The position numbers and the translations under genes are program-made. A stretch of 64,000 nt of DNA, taken from contig RHPI01001168.1 in assembly GCA_009103225.1 (NCBI GenBank), positions 187,337-251,336 of the forward strand, read 5' to 3'. This document shows positions 20,681 through 32,900 of the stretch, piece by piece. The notes beneath the pieces are model-generated. The model was given only the letters and a program-made list of their open reading frames with translations, did not search any database and was not told the DNA's origin. Source of the DNA: Chlorokybus atmophyticus (taxonomy: Eukaryota; Plantae; Mesostigma and Chlorokybus algae). Within the stretch, counting starts at the first letter, position 1; every line of letters starts with the position of its first letter.

Positions 20681-21883
20681 ACAACTTTACTCATTGTCAC
20701 ATAAAGCTGGAGTGGCATTATTCTTGCCCTCAGCACGGTAAAGGAGAACACGACGGCCAGGGAGGAACATTAAAGCACCTTCTCGGCAGGGCAGTGCTGC
20801 AGGGAGAACTAGTTTAATGTGCATTCGAGATAAAATCTTGTGCAAATTGCAATAACAGCTGTTTTGCCTATCCTAGGCCCGTTTTTATAACTTTGAAGCG
20901 CCCAAGCCATTTGCAAAAAGTGTCCCCCCGGATCCTGCTACAAGCCATTTGCGCGATGGCGACCTATCCGTATAGCAGATAAGTCACGTTTTTGTCACAT
21001 ACAGTGGCCGACCGTTGGTCTTACCCTGACCGTCGAAAAGTATGCGCGACGGCCTGCCTACTTTGGCAAGTCAGTCACCGTTAGTCCCTATCAGGTGACC
21101 TTACCGCGTTTATTAAGTGACTGTCGATCGCCGGTCGTGCACTTAACGCGGCGGCGACCTACTTATTGTGTGTCAAGTATAATAAGCAAGTGATCGCCGG
21201 TCCCTAAAGCTCGACAAGTCGGGACGGTGGTACCGGCCGGCAAGTCGCGACGCTGATACAATGCAGCCGCCTTACTATGTCAATGGTACGAACAGTAACT
21301 AATGGTACGATAGTGCTATTGCGACAATGTTACTTTCGTACCACTATAACAATACGATAATAATGCCGTTGCGAGTCACGTTTCGACAACGCGTTTGAAT
21401 AACTTGGGCTACCCAAGTTATTTAAACGCTCGACGGCTTCAAGTTGAACAGAGCGTTGTAGGCGGCGGCGGCGGCGGCGGCAACAGCTAATGATAGGTGA
21501 GCTTGGTTGCTGTCTGACGTTGTACTACGCGCAACACCGCATGCCATCTAACCACCCTCCTTGCCTTAGAGCGGCCAGGCTAGGCCAGACCAGGCCAGGC
21601 GGCGGAGAAGGAACGGCGGCGGCGGAGCTGGAGCGGGCGATGCAGGAGCCGCAGCTCAGTACAAGGGTAGTACTAACAGTAGTACCTAAGGTAGTAGTAG
21701 CAGTAGTGGTAGTGGTAGCAGTTGTGGTAGTCTAATTGTACTAGCAGTAGTGGTAGTAGCTCAGTATATTACATTGCAAATTATTTATTTCTTTGTTCTT
21801 TATTATTGATAACGCATTCTTGCACAGCTGATGACGACAATCACGTGTGACATCTAATCATGACTGAACGATACCAGCGGGTA

Positions 21884-22351
21884 CAGTCTACCCCCGCTAA
21901 GAGACTTCGCTTCAAAAGAATAACCCCGCTATAGCATAAAGTACGAGATTACTAATGGTTCTACAGGCAAATGTTGGTGCTCAATAGAATATGACTAACC
22001 GCGAAGAGCATATTACTTTTAAATAAAATCTTGCAAGTTTGAGTGTGCATATTCCTAACATCGAGGGAGTAGCGCGTGACGGGTGTGGCATAAGACGTGA
22101 TGAGCGTGATGGACAAGGCGTGATGGGTAAAGTGTAACGCGTTATTAGCGTGATGAGCGTGATGGCATAATAGATGTGACGTGATGCGCGTGACGTAATG
22201 TGCGTGATGGGCGTGACGAAACCGCGTTTGTAGTATATATATGCTCTTAACGTTCAAGAGCATATTATGCTCTTAGACGCCATGAGCATAACCCCGCCAA
22301 GAGCATACGACCTTGGAGGATGAACAGTATGCTCTTAAAGAGGGTAGACTG
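21884..22351. mobile_element. 468-bp Tc1/mariner (pogo-like) MITE
   Basis: TA|CAGTCTACCCCCGCTAAGAG ... CTCTTAAAGAGGGTAGACTG|TA: ~20-bp TIR starting CAGT, TA duplication, subterminal AAGAGCATA/TATGCTCTT repeats and internal GCGTGA repeats. Confidence 0.85.
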
Positions 22352-24386
22352 TACCTACATCATTATCGGTAGGTACCTTAAGATACTTGACAATTTTGCT
22401 TAGTTAGCGTACAGTCGCCGGTACCTAACTGATAGGTACCGGTCAGTTACCTGTTAGTTAGGTCGAGTCCCCTTTGGGTAACTGTTGAGTACCAGACATG
22501 TACCTATTAATTAAGGTTAATCCCTTTATACAGACGGTCGGCAACTAATGGTGACGGCCATTATGCTCAGGTCCCTGTATCGAGATCGCCGGTAGATTGA
22601 AGGTCGGCAGTCTAAATGAGTATCCTCAGATGCACGGCCGTTGCCAATATTCAGTCGGCCGGCAAGGGAAACATTTTGCGACGCTCCCTCTTCCGACCAA
22701 CCACCCCGCCGCCCTGTGGCGCTTTCTCCACCCTCTACCCCGCTGCTGTGTGGTACTGTCAAACCTACCTTCGTGCTCCTCACCATCATCACTAACACAC
22801 CGCAAGCGTACACCGCCGCAGCTCTGCACTTTCCGGCAGAGAAGAATCCAGCTGGCACCCGCGTCGCCGCCATTGCCGCCATCGTCGAAACATACGGCAA
22901 ATTTGCTAGAGGTCGGCAAATTTTAGCAAATTTTACTAGCAATTAAAATTTGCTCGTAACCCTAACTCAAACCTTAAATAGCTAACTTCAACATTGATAT
23001 TGTAAATATAGATGGATTGGAACGGATCTTTAGCACTCCATAGCCATCATGACGATGGACTGCAAAGTGTACGATTAGGTGTAGGATTACGCCGTAAGGC
23101 AAGATTCTAGTAAATCACGGGGCATAATAACGGTTTACGGCGTAAAGCGTCGGGTTTGGGGTAATATAATAGTGCCCTTTCTGTTACTGTGTAACGCCGT
23201 GCGTTTACGACGTGATTGCGGTGACCAAGTAGCAATTGAGCTATGATTAAAGCCAACTAAAAATACTTATGAAGCCATATACAGCACTTAAACCCCAACG
23301 TTAATGAAATGCTAGAACCTCATGATCGCAGTTTGGATCCAATTTGCCTGCATCTCAGCTGTAAACCGTGGTAAACACCATATATTAGCAAAGTACACCT
23401 TACACTTACTTACAAGGGCTGATTTAGGATTATTGTAAATTACGTCGTACTACGCGTAATGTAAAATACCGTCAGCTGTAAGGCCACATCCGTATGCGCA
23501 GCGTGACCCGCCATGCATACGCGTGAGACGCAATGAGGACCGCAGGATGTAAAATTCTGATTTGGTTTAACAGATGGAGCACAACTCAGCCATTGATTAC
23601 GCTTGCACATTAAACAAAGGGTTTGAAGTGCTAGCTGGATACCACCTTCATGATGGTATAACGATGCTATCAATTGTTGCTTGAAAACTGTATATTACAT
23701 CGCGCGTCAAGTGTCGAGTCACATAAAGATAATACTTGAAATAGCTGAACTGTAATGCTCGTAAGATTTAGGGTAGTTAATAGCCATCTTCATGTCTATA
23801 AGCAACATATCTGAGATATGGACGAGGTCGACTTCCAGTTTTGGGGCTGACCGAGGCAACAAAGACCGAAAGTCTTAACTATGTGTGTGTGTGTCAGTAT
23901 ATACATAACACACAGTTCCATGTAGCAGACTTTGAAGTATGAAACCTCCGTAAGTTAAAACAAAATGAGCAAATTCATCATTGCTAATGAACAAAATTAG
24001 CATTATTATTTTCAAGATATGCTTTCAATTTTAAGAATCAAACGTTAAAAACAACCATATGCATTAAACAAGCATAATATCTTGCAATATTGCAATAATA
24101 CTTATACAATGTAAAACTCATAGCGCATGTATTGGTAATAACGAATGAACAACAACTATAATCAATTAGAGCACATGCATGGTTTTCAATACATGCTTTT
24201 AAGTTTGGAACACAATTACATGCATCAACAAGCGTAACAGATTGCAATACAATACTTAATTGACATATAATTTATAACGCAAATCCACAGTGCACACATT
24301 GTCAACAAGCATTCACTAAAAGCTTTTGCAAATTGTAAACACTGATTGCCAAGCATTATAGCCGAAGATGTCACCATCGCGTGAAA

Positions 24387-24421
24387 CCGAATATTAGCGC
24401 CGAATATTAGCGCCGAATATT
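24387..24421. repeat. 13-bp tandem repeat (ccgaatattagcg x2.7)
   Basis: Direct reading of the sequence. Confidence 0.9.
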
Positions 24422-24600
24422 GGCAATCCGTTTAACTGTAAGCATCAATGAACAAAACTCAAGGTGAAACTCTTCAATCGACTGGTTGGCATGCATACGC
24501 AAAGTTGTAAATCTCATGCCTAAATTGAATTTGCACCTCCACATGCCTAGATGAGGATCCTTGAAGACCCTCAGGGTTTCGGTGGTGATTCCTGTCACTT
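24407..24600 (-). pseudogene. Possible retrotransposon gag-like remnant
   Basis: LGMRFTTLRMHANQSIEEFHLEFCSLMLTVKRI resembles the gag capsid pattern (l.q...esv.ey...F..l). No LTRs or pol were seen. Confidence 0.3.
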
Positions 24601-25354
24601 TGACGGTTGATCAGCAACATGCCCGTGACTTTGAATATACGTTGTTGATCGGACAATTGCGCGATCAAGCAATAGCGTACTGATGTCCTTGCCCTTCCTA
24701 GTGAAGGTGCTCGCGACTCGCTAGCACTGAGTACGCAAGCCTTGAGGTTTTCATTAACTTGCAACAAGTTAACATGGATTTTTTGTCATGAACTGCCATC
24801 TTGACCGACTGACCTACGTTGCTCCGTCTCATTGCCTCAATTTTAGCGCGTCGTTAAGCTATGGCTTCCACTTGGTAAAGATAAAACCAAATTGCCTCAA
24901 CCAATAGTTGAGCATTGCTTCTCATGGCTGGTTCTGATAAAAAACAATAGTAAGTATATTATATATAACATATATATGGCAAGGCTGCACAAATGCTATA
25001 TTCTTCTACCTATGGCAGCGTTTTGCTGCCATAGACTAGTGGTAAGGCGCCGATGTTACATTGTAGTCAATACTCAAAGTGCATACGGATTTCGTTGAAC
25101 ATAAGGCCCACTACACAACCAAGCGCTGATCAATATCACAACTAGGTGCCATTGGGTGCCAACCAGTGCACTGATGCAATAACACTGTAGCGCCGTCGCT
25201 ACAAAATCATAAGCAGGTTGCAACTACACTTGGTCAGGGTACTCTCCACTTGCGGTTGTCAAAATTAGGCTAACAGGCTGACACCATGCGTGAACATGTA
25301 GCCTAAGCCTTAGGCTACATGCCCTGAGGACACAGTATGCCCTTGAGCATGCTG

Positions 25355-25356
<2 letters not shown>

Positions 25357-25399
<43 letters not shown>
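25357..25399. repeat. (AC)n microsatellite
   Basis: About 21 AC units. Confidence 0.95.
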
Positions 25400-25402
<3 letters not shown>

Positions 25403-25806
25403 GCAAGGCTATTGACCATAATGAACATGTGACATGCACACCCTGCACACGCAAGGGGCATGCACCGCATTGCATACTTTGTACACATATACAACATCAG
25501 TGTGTAAGGTTATGGCATGCATGCGTGCTTGCAGTAGCCCATGCGCGCATGCCACATGGCATGTGACATGAGTAGGGTATAGATACATCCGCACTTCATG
25601 CAATGCCAGCATTACATATTAAAGACAATGGGCAAGCAGAGGCGGACCAAGCACATCAAATTACCCCCCGGCTTAATGCTACCACTATGCATGCACACAT
25701 AGCAATACCCAAGGGCAAAACCATCTAGGTAAGGGTTGTCTACAATACATAATTAAGGAATCCAACCCTCCCCCTCCCCCCAACCCGCGAGGGTGGGTGG
25801 GTGGGT

Positions 25807-26042
25807 NNNNNNNNNNNNNNNNNNNNNNNNNNNNNNNNNNNNNNNNNNNNNNNNNNNNNNNNNNNNNNNNNNNNNNNNNNNNNNNNNNNNNNNNNNNNNN
25901 NNNNNNNNNNNNNNNNNNNNNNNNNNNNNNNNNNNNNNNNNNNNNNNNNNNNNNNNNNNNNNNNNNNNNNNNNNNNNNNNNNNNNNNNNNNNNNNNNNNN
26001 NNNNNNNNNNNNNNNNNNNNNNNNNNNNNNNNNNNNNNNNNN
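25807..26042. other. Assembly gap (N run)
   Basis: 236 N, preceded by C-rich then (GGGT)n sequence. Confidence 0.99.
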
Positions 26043-27295
26043 CCACTAGGTAGAACAACCAGGAAAGGCCCTCACACAGGAGGGTAATGAAGGCTCCTTT
26101 AACAGCTAAGCCAAGCACTCTATAGACACAGCAAGTGAGCACTAGATTGAGTCCAACTGAACCGTTCAGTTCCTGGAGTTAAACTCCCGGAGTTGGCAAC
26201 GCCATGCTGGCCTAGCCTATTGTACTCCTCCCTGTTGCCTTCCCACTTGGCCACAGCTGAACTGAAGAGCCATCAACGCCTTCCGCCCACATAATGCTAA
26301 CACATTATATTCTCTTAGCCACATAGTGTCCTCGTGGACATGATCAAGAGGTACTAGCATATGCCACTGTCGTATGCCCACATAGTGTGACACATCATGA
26401 CATGATGTCACGTCAGCCAAATTTATATCAATAAGCACTGCCAGTGTCTATTTATATACATGGCTCAGGTATGATGATCACACCTCAGCTTGCTGTGTGC
26501 GTGACACCATGCATTTATTATATTAGTCTATCATCTTTTATACACGGTGTGACACAATACATGGGTGTGATCTCATCTATCCCCGCATGTCACATCATTC
26601 CCCGCATGTCACATTCTACTTGCTTATCGCTAATTAGCAACTGTCTCATGGCATGTTCCCGGATCAGGTTGTGCAAGCTGTGTATCACTGCCGGGAATAG
26701 TTTATCCTGCCCAAGGCTTATAAGCATAATGACTGACTGTATGAGCAAACCACTTAGATACTGCAAACACCCAAGCAATTGATCGATTGTATGGGAGTTA
26801 AAACTCCAATGCAATCATGCTATAAACATAGCATTATTATGACAGCTAAGAGCGATTGTGCCTTGCCCGTTGGGCGTGAGAGTGATCTGCCAGGTGTGTC
26901 CATGTGCATGCGTGCGAGGTCATCAATTTCATCGTGCTGATTCTGCTAGTTGGGTGAGTGCTGTGGCCGGTTGCTTGATGATCTTCAATTTGTGGCAATA
27001 TGTTGCTTACTTCAATTGCTTGTTTGGCAAAGTGTGACTACAAGCCTTTCAACCAACAGTTGCTAAGTGTGTCCGTGAGCATGCATGTGCGCGAGACTTC
27101 ATCAACTCCACCAGGTTAATCTGCAATTTGGGTGATTGCAGTGGCCTGCTTTTTGGTCTCTGTGTTGTTGTGGTTGTTGTTGTTGCTGTTATGTTGCGAC
27201 ATGTGTGCTGCACTTGCTTGTTTCGCACAGTGTGACTACAAGCCTCTCGGCCTTGATTTGCCAGGTGTTTGTGTGCATGTACGCGCGACTTAATT

Positions 27296-27524
27296 AACTC
27301 TTTCAATTAACCTGCTGGCTAAGTGAGTGCTTAGTACTTGGTAATCCTTGCCGTGCCAGTGTACATAAATAATCAAGAGTATTCTACACATGCAACCAAT
27401 GTTTTGCAAACTCTTTCAATCAACCTGCTGGCTAAGTGAGTGCTTAGTACTTGGTGATCCTTGCCGTGCCAGTGTACATAAATAATCAAGAGTATTCTAC
27501 ACAAGCAACCAATGTTTTGCAAAC
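27296..27524. repeat. Tandem duplication of ~113 bp
   Basis: aactctttcaat(t/c)aacctgctggctaagtgagtgcttagtacttggt...gttttgcaaac occurs twice with few substitutions. More degenerate related units lie at 26880-27290. Confidence 0.9.
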
Positions 27525-27859
27525 GGTCATGACATATTTAGCACCAGCATATATTACACAACACTCACCACCTACACATACCCGAGGCAGACAGTCGTCA
27601 CCACCGGGCATAACCACTAAGTTAACTACATGTGTTCGTTGACCAGATGATTGTCATGTCACTTGCACCAGCGCGTGCGAGCGCATGTTTTGGTTCTTGT
27701 TGCTGATGCAAAGTGTTGGTCATGGCATGCTCTACTTGCGTGCAGCTGCTATTTGCCGTGTCCAGGACCACTAACTACCGCCACTTTGCAGCATTCTAGT
27801 CTATGTCGGTGCAACTATTGCAGAAAAGTCGCCTTGGCCACTGCCATGAAGCTGCTGCA

Positions 27860-29883
27860 TCCGCTCAAGCGCCCCTAGTGCCTGCCAACCCGTGATAGTC
27901 TAAGGTGCCTCTGCTAGTCCTTGCAACCGCAGCATGTGCGTCTGATGGGCAGCAACGACAGTGCAAATCTGCTCACAAGCACACAACGCGTGACGTGTAC
28001 CAGCTGAATGTCCATACATGGAGACGCCCAACTGCAATGCCGCCAACAGCAACGAAAGGAAAAAGCCTGTTACAAATACATGCCAAGACGCGGACGGGAA
28101 TATGATGCGCATGATCAACGGTTGCATCCTTTAAGAAGCATCAGTTGCCATCACTGTAAATCGGCTTGGCAGTTACTTGAAGAAAATGACGAGATTGAGA
28201 TCAATACCTGCACACTACTTCACACCATTTCACATGCACACATACACACCCATGCTCACGCGCACTTAAGGTTGACAGCTGCTACGATGAGCTTGTCAGA
28301 TTTAGTTTACAAATCATTGACAAGCAGTATGAGGGGTTATCAATTAAGTGCACAAACAGTATTTTCTCATGTTCATGGTATGCTGCTAGTTTTTGACCGG
28401 CAAATGCTGACAGAGAGTCAGCAAGTTGCAATACAAGACCAAGACCATCACGCACTCAGCTGGGCACGAGGACCAGGCGTGCTCGAATACATGATTTAGC
28501 GTAGACAGCAGATACCACAGGTTCGTTGCGGTTGTTAACCTTCAATGTACTGACACATAAGGACGGACAGCAAACACAGACTTGCTGCACGACACAATCA
28601 CAATGACCTCACTCTTCCCATATGTCACCGACAACCATACAGCATCACACAAGCATGCTGTATAGTCGCAACGGTCATAGATTGTGCACTGCACTACGCG
28701 CATTTCACCAGGAGGAAAGCATGGACAACACCACAGTTCTTGACAAGTGCGATTGCATTCTGCAGGGCTTACCGGACTCGTACCATGTTTGAGTTGCTTG
28801 CTTAAACACAAGGTGGTCCAGCCTCAATCACTCTGGCACACTGTGGCAGACTGCCCAGGGCCCACCTCGACTGGCCACCAATGACACGAATGACGCACCC
28901 ACGTGACACGATCACATGACAAAGAACGAGCAGGCTCAAGGCATCTAACACGGACATGAAAAACTGCCACACGAGCAAGACGCTGGCTGACTGTCATACC
29001 ATTTCTGACGGCATAACACTAGTTCAAAAGTTGAACAGCAATGATAGCAGTCCCAGCTCAGCAACAACAGCCCTCAAAACATCATACCACAGACAGATTA
29101 CTCAGCAAACAATGTGATGACCATCCTGACGCAAGCACTGACCTCCAGAATGGTACAAATAGCGCCGCCGCTCGTACAGCCACATACCATGACAATGAGC
29201 AGACACATACGGCATGGAAAATTTGAGACATGACTACTACAGCTGACGTACTCAACAACTCAATCAACCTCTTCTTCATCACCATGGCACATACCACAAT
29301 CAGAGCATGCTCACGTTGAGCCCAGACCACGATGTGGGAAGAGTGCACTGTGACAAGCGGCCTTGCAACATTGTCACTACCACACGCAATGTGAGACAGA
29401 ACAACTGAGCAGTTGGAAAGCTCGCAACCAAAGGCATGTCGACAGTGTCTCTTTCCTCTCGCACAAGATATTGCAAAAAAGAGTCAGTTGACAGACCATG
29501 ACAGAAATTGCACTCCATGCTTGACGATGACTTTTCCATGCACAAATGCAGATGCAGTATAATTGCCACAAATGGCCACAAATGCAGACGCAGTATGATT
29601 GTGCCGCCAGAGCGCAGTGTACGCCACACAAAAGGGAGGATATAAACAATGTCACATAAAGTATGCACACATCAACGTCACTTGGCATGATTGCTTGCAT
29701 CGTCCTAAGCCTACTCTGAAAAGGTGAGCGTGAGCTGAGCCTGAAAGAAGATGCCAGGTGCCGCCTGAAGCGCGTGCAGTCCAACCGCGGCATGCGGCCG
29801 CGCACATCGCGCACGCATCCGCCTCTCAACTCCTCCGGCGCCAAGCTACTCCCTGGGCGACCGTTGACATCTGTCAGCAACAT
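27860..29883 (-). CDS. Putative multi-exon membrane protein of unknown family (model unreliable)
   Basis: Minus strand has intron-like TG-rich composition. Two GT-AG bounded hydrophobic exons join in frame (MCLLIVMVCGCTSGGAICTILE | SASVLLVWQFFMSVLDALSLLVLCHVIVS). Start and stop are not resolved. Confidence 0.3.
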
Positions 29884-29993
29884 TTGGCAACACACTCTGC
29901 AGTTGCAATCGACGCCAGAACCTCACACCATGCCACTCCTACCAAGCATAAGATACACCCAGGATGTAATGTACCTTTTCACTCATGGACAGC

Positions 29994-32900
29994 TTAGATC
30001 TCACCCTCTTCACCCAACTCCCCGTCCTCCAACTCTTCATCAGCCTCGCCATTGGTGGCCAAGGTCTCTGACTCCTTTTCAGATTTGTGGCGCTTCAGCT
30101 TGTCCCTTGTTTCGGAAGGGCTGTCCTCATGATGTCGCCTCTTCTTCTTGTCCTTATCCTTGTCTTTGGCACTGATGTGCTTCTTATCCAATTCTGTCCG
30201 TTGCTTTTCCTTGTCCTTCCTCTCCTTTTCTCTAGCTTTTTCTTTTTCTTTCCGCTCAGCTCGTTCCTTCTCCTTCTCCAGCCTTTCCTTTTCTTTCTTC
30301 TCAACCTTCTCCTTCTCTTTGCGCTCCTTTTCTTCCTTCTCCTTCGCTCGCCGGTCTGCCTTCTCCTTCTCCTTTTGTTGCAGATGCTCCACGGCTTGGT
30401 TGAACAAGGCCTCGCGCTCCTCATCATTATCAACAGCCCTGTCCAATGCAGTGCTCATTGAACAAATGCTCAACAAAGCCATGCATGCACACGTCCAATG
30501 GAATTTGGGCATCATGCACGCAACCATGTAACAAACGTACTTGTATGCAGACTTGTCTTGCAATTCGCTTTGAACATCCGCCCAGGTTGACGAAGCAGTC
30601 ACCACCTTGGATGACGTTTTGAGGTACTCCAAAAACTCATCAGCTGCACGCTTCTTGCGCTTGGCTTCCTTCTCTTCCTTCTCTTTGGCTTTTGCAGCAA
30701 AATCCTCATGCGCAAGCTGAAAACGTCACGCTCAGTGACATGCAGGCAGCCGCTATGCTTTGTGTGTATGGTGATCCTGCACTAGCCTCAGCCAGTGGCG
30801 CGTACCTTCACATTCATCTCAGGTATACTGGCAACCACTTCAGCAGCTTCTGCCAAAGCAGCCTTGAATTCCTCAAGTGTTGTGGTGCTCTTCATGCTGA
30901 ATTTTCTCTCTCGCAAAGCTTCCTTAATTTTACTTCGCTGTGCATGGTACTTTTCATCAAGCTCAAAACGGTAATCATGAAACAGTTCCTTTGGCGTAGA
31001 CCCTGACGAGTTGGATTGCACAGCTTTGTAAGCCTCATGGTCCTTCACCAACGCAAGATACTCTTTCCAACTCGTGCTTGCATTGAACACGCCGGTGGAG
31101 GCATGATCTGTCATCAACTCTACGAACACATCTCTGTTCTTGCGCTCTTGACGGCGCCGCTCTTCCTGTTCGCCAATAATCAATTGAGCACTTCATTCAA
31201 CAACTAGAGCGTGCGACCAGTGCATTCATGCTGCCTTGACACCATGTGCACACACCTTTTCCAACTGTTTTTGCTCAAGCTCTTTCTTTTCCAGCTCCTT
31301 GATGTAATCTTGGAAGACATCAAGCCGATCGATCTTGTCGACAGCTTCATACCGCGGATCATCCTCAATTTTTTCCTGCACTTTGCGCCACTGACTGCTG
31401 GCCTGTTACCAAGTTCAGTGGTCAGATGTGGCAAGCCAATTCAGTAATGAGAGACCGTACACCGCGGCCCAGGAGAAACGAAGAAGTACCGTGATGAACG
31501 CCTTCTCCTCCAAAAGTTCCCTAAAAGCTGCCATGTTTTGCCGCCGAACAAGCCGCGCTCGTTCTTTTTCCTGAAACCGGTGACAAGCAACTCAAGTCAT
31601 GCTGCTGTGATGTTAAGCAGATAAGGGGCTTTGCGATGTGTGCTGACGTTGCAAAAAGGGAGAGCAAGGCCAGCAACAGCATGCCGCAGCGTGTGAACTT
31701 TTGTCATCGTTACATACCTTCTTCTCTAGGTCGTACATGTACTCCTCATAAAGTTCTTCACGCTCACGCTCAACCTTGACCTCATGGAACCGGGTGTCTT
31801 TTTCAAGCAATGGCACTGCCTTGCTGTCACCACGCAACCAGCTTATCTTTACTGTATCAAAATTTGACAGCTAGCTGAGATACGGGCACTAAAGGGGCAT
31901 GGCACCTGTAACGCATGGTGGACTTCAATTCAGCACACTCTTGCAGCATCTGGGTGAAGCTCTCGCGTGCCAACTTCTCGCGTTGCCTCTGGAGGTCTCG
32001 CTCTTCCTTCTTCTTAGCTGTAATGTACTAAACAGGCAACATATCTTCAGACTGATATATCAGGAGGTAATGTAGTGTGCAACAAAACACATCAGACAAG
32101 CTACCTCATGGAATGCGTGACGGCGCTCACCAAGAGTCTTCAATGCACTATAACGTTCATCATTGATGATCTTCTTCATAGCCTATGGCATTCATATCAT
32201 AGTGGCAACTTAGGCGACATTGAGTGGATGAAGACAATGGAATCAGCTGTTAGATACGAACCTGCTCCCATGTCCAATCAGCACCAACTTCCGCATCTGC
32301 CAGAAGCTCTTTGAAAGCCATGCGAGCTTCCTGTGCATTGATGTCAGTGGAAACAAAACCAACATCTGCTGACTTTGGCCGAGTACACGAAGAAAACCTG
32401 TTGGCATGTGATACACAAAGCGATCCGAAACGCACAGATACCTGTTTTGAGGCATATGTGATGGTCTCCTTTGCTGGTGCTGCAGGCTCTGCAGCTTGCG
32501 AAACATTCACTTTCCCAGCAGCCGACATCTGTTTCTTGGCATCCTGATTATGGCAGCACGTTAATTGCGTGGATTGATACAAGTCACTCCCAGTCACATG
32601 CTTACACCACATGCGTAGACACTTGCCTCCATGTCTTCTTTGGAAGCCTGGGGTGTGGTCGGTTGTCTGCTAGACAGAGTCAACAGTTACAGAGCAAGGC
32701 AATAACACACAAGTACGCTCATGTCTGTGCATGCAAGAAGCACAGCATGCTGTTGTGCCTGTACAAGCCTGTAAGGACTTACGCGGCTGGCGGTGAACTG
32801 GCAGGCTGCGTAGCTTCAGTTGGTGCTGTTGGTGTTGGAGTAATGTTGGCAACTGCCGCAAACGGGGCTGGTGCTGCAGGCGCCGGAGCTGCACCCGTCC

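Larger units (their letters stand above)
11311..20946. mobile_element. ~9.6-kb TIR DNA transposon, apparently non-autonomous, with candidate 4-bp ATTT target-site duplication
   Basis: Left end ggcgtgtagcaagatccaggtggacactttt; reverse complement of right end ggcttgtagcaggatccggggggacactttt (27/31 identical, then tgcaa after a 2-nt gap). ATTT lies immediately outside both ends (11307-11310 and 20947-20950). No transposase ORF was recognised. Confidence 0.6.

Noticed and set aside
11311-20946. Bacterial restriction-modification island or contamination
   Set aside because: The MTase-like gene has spliceosomal introns like the host genes, no nuclease partner was seen, and it is embedded among eukaryotic genes.
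24400-26900. Full LTR retrotransposon around the gap
   Set aside because: No paired LTRs, PBS, PPT or RT/integrase motifs were found; there is only a weak gag-like fragment, and the gap hides part of the region.
30087-30531. Plus-strand hydrophobic or Ser-rich ORFs
   Set aside because: They are antisense shadows of the Lys/Glu-rich PRP40 C-terminal exon.
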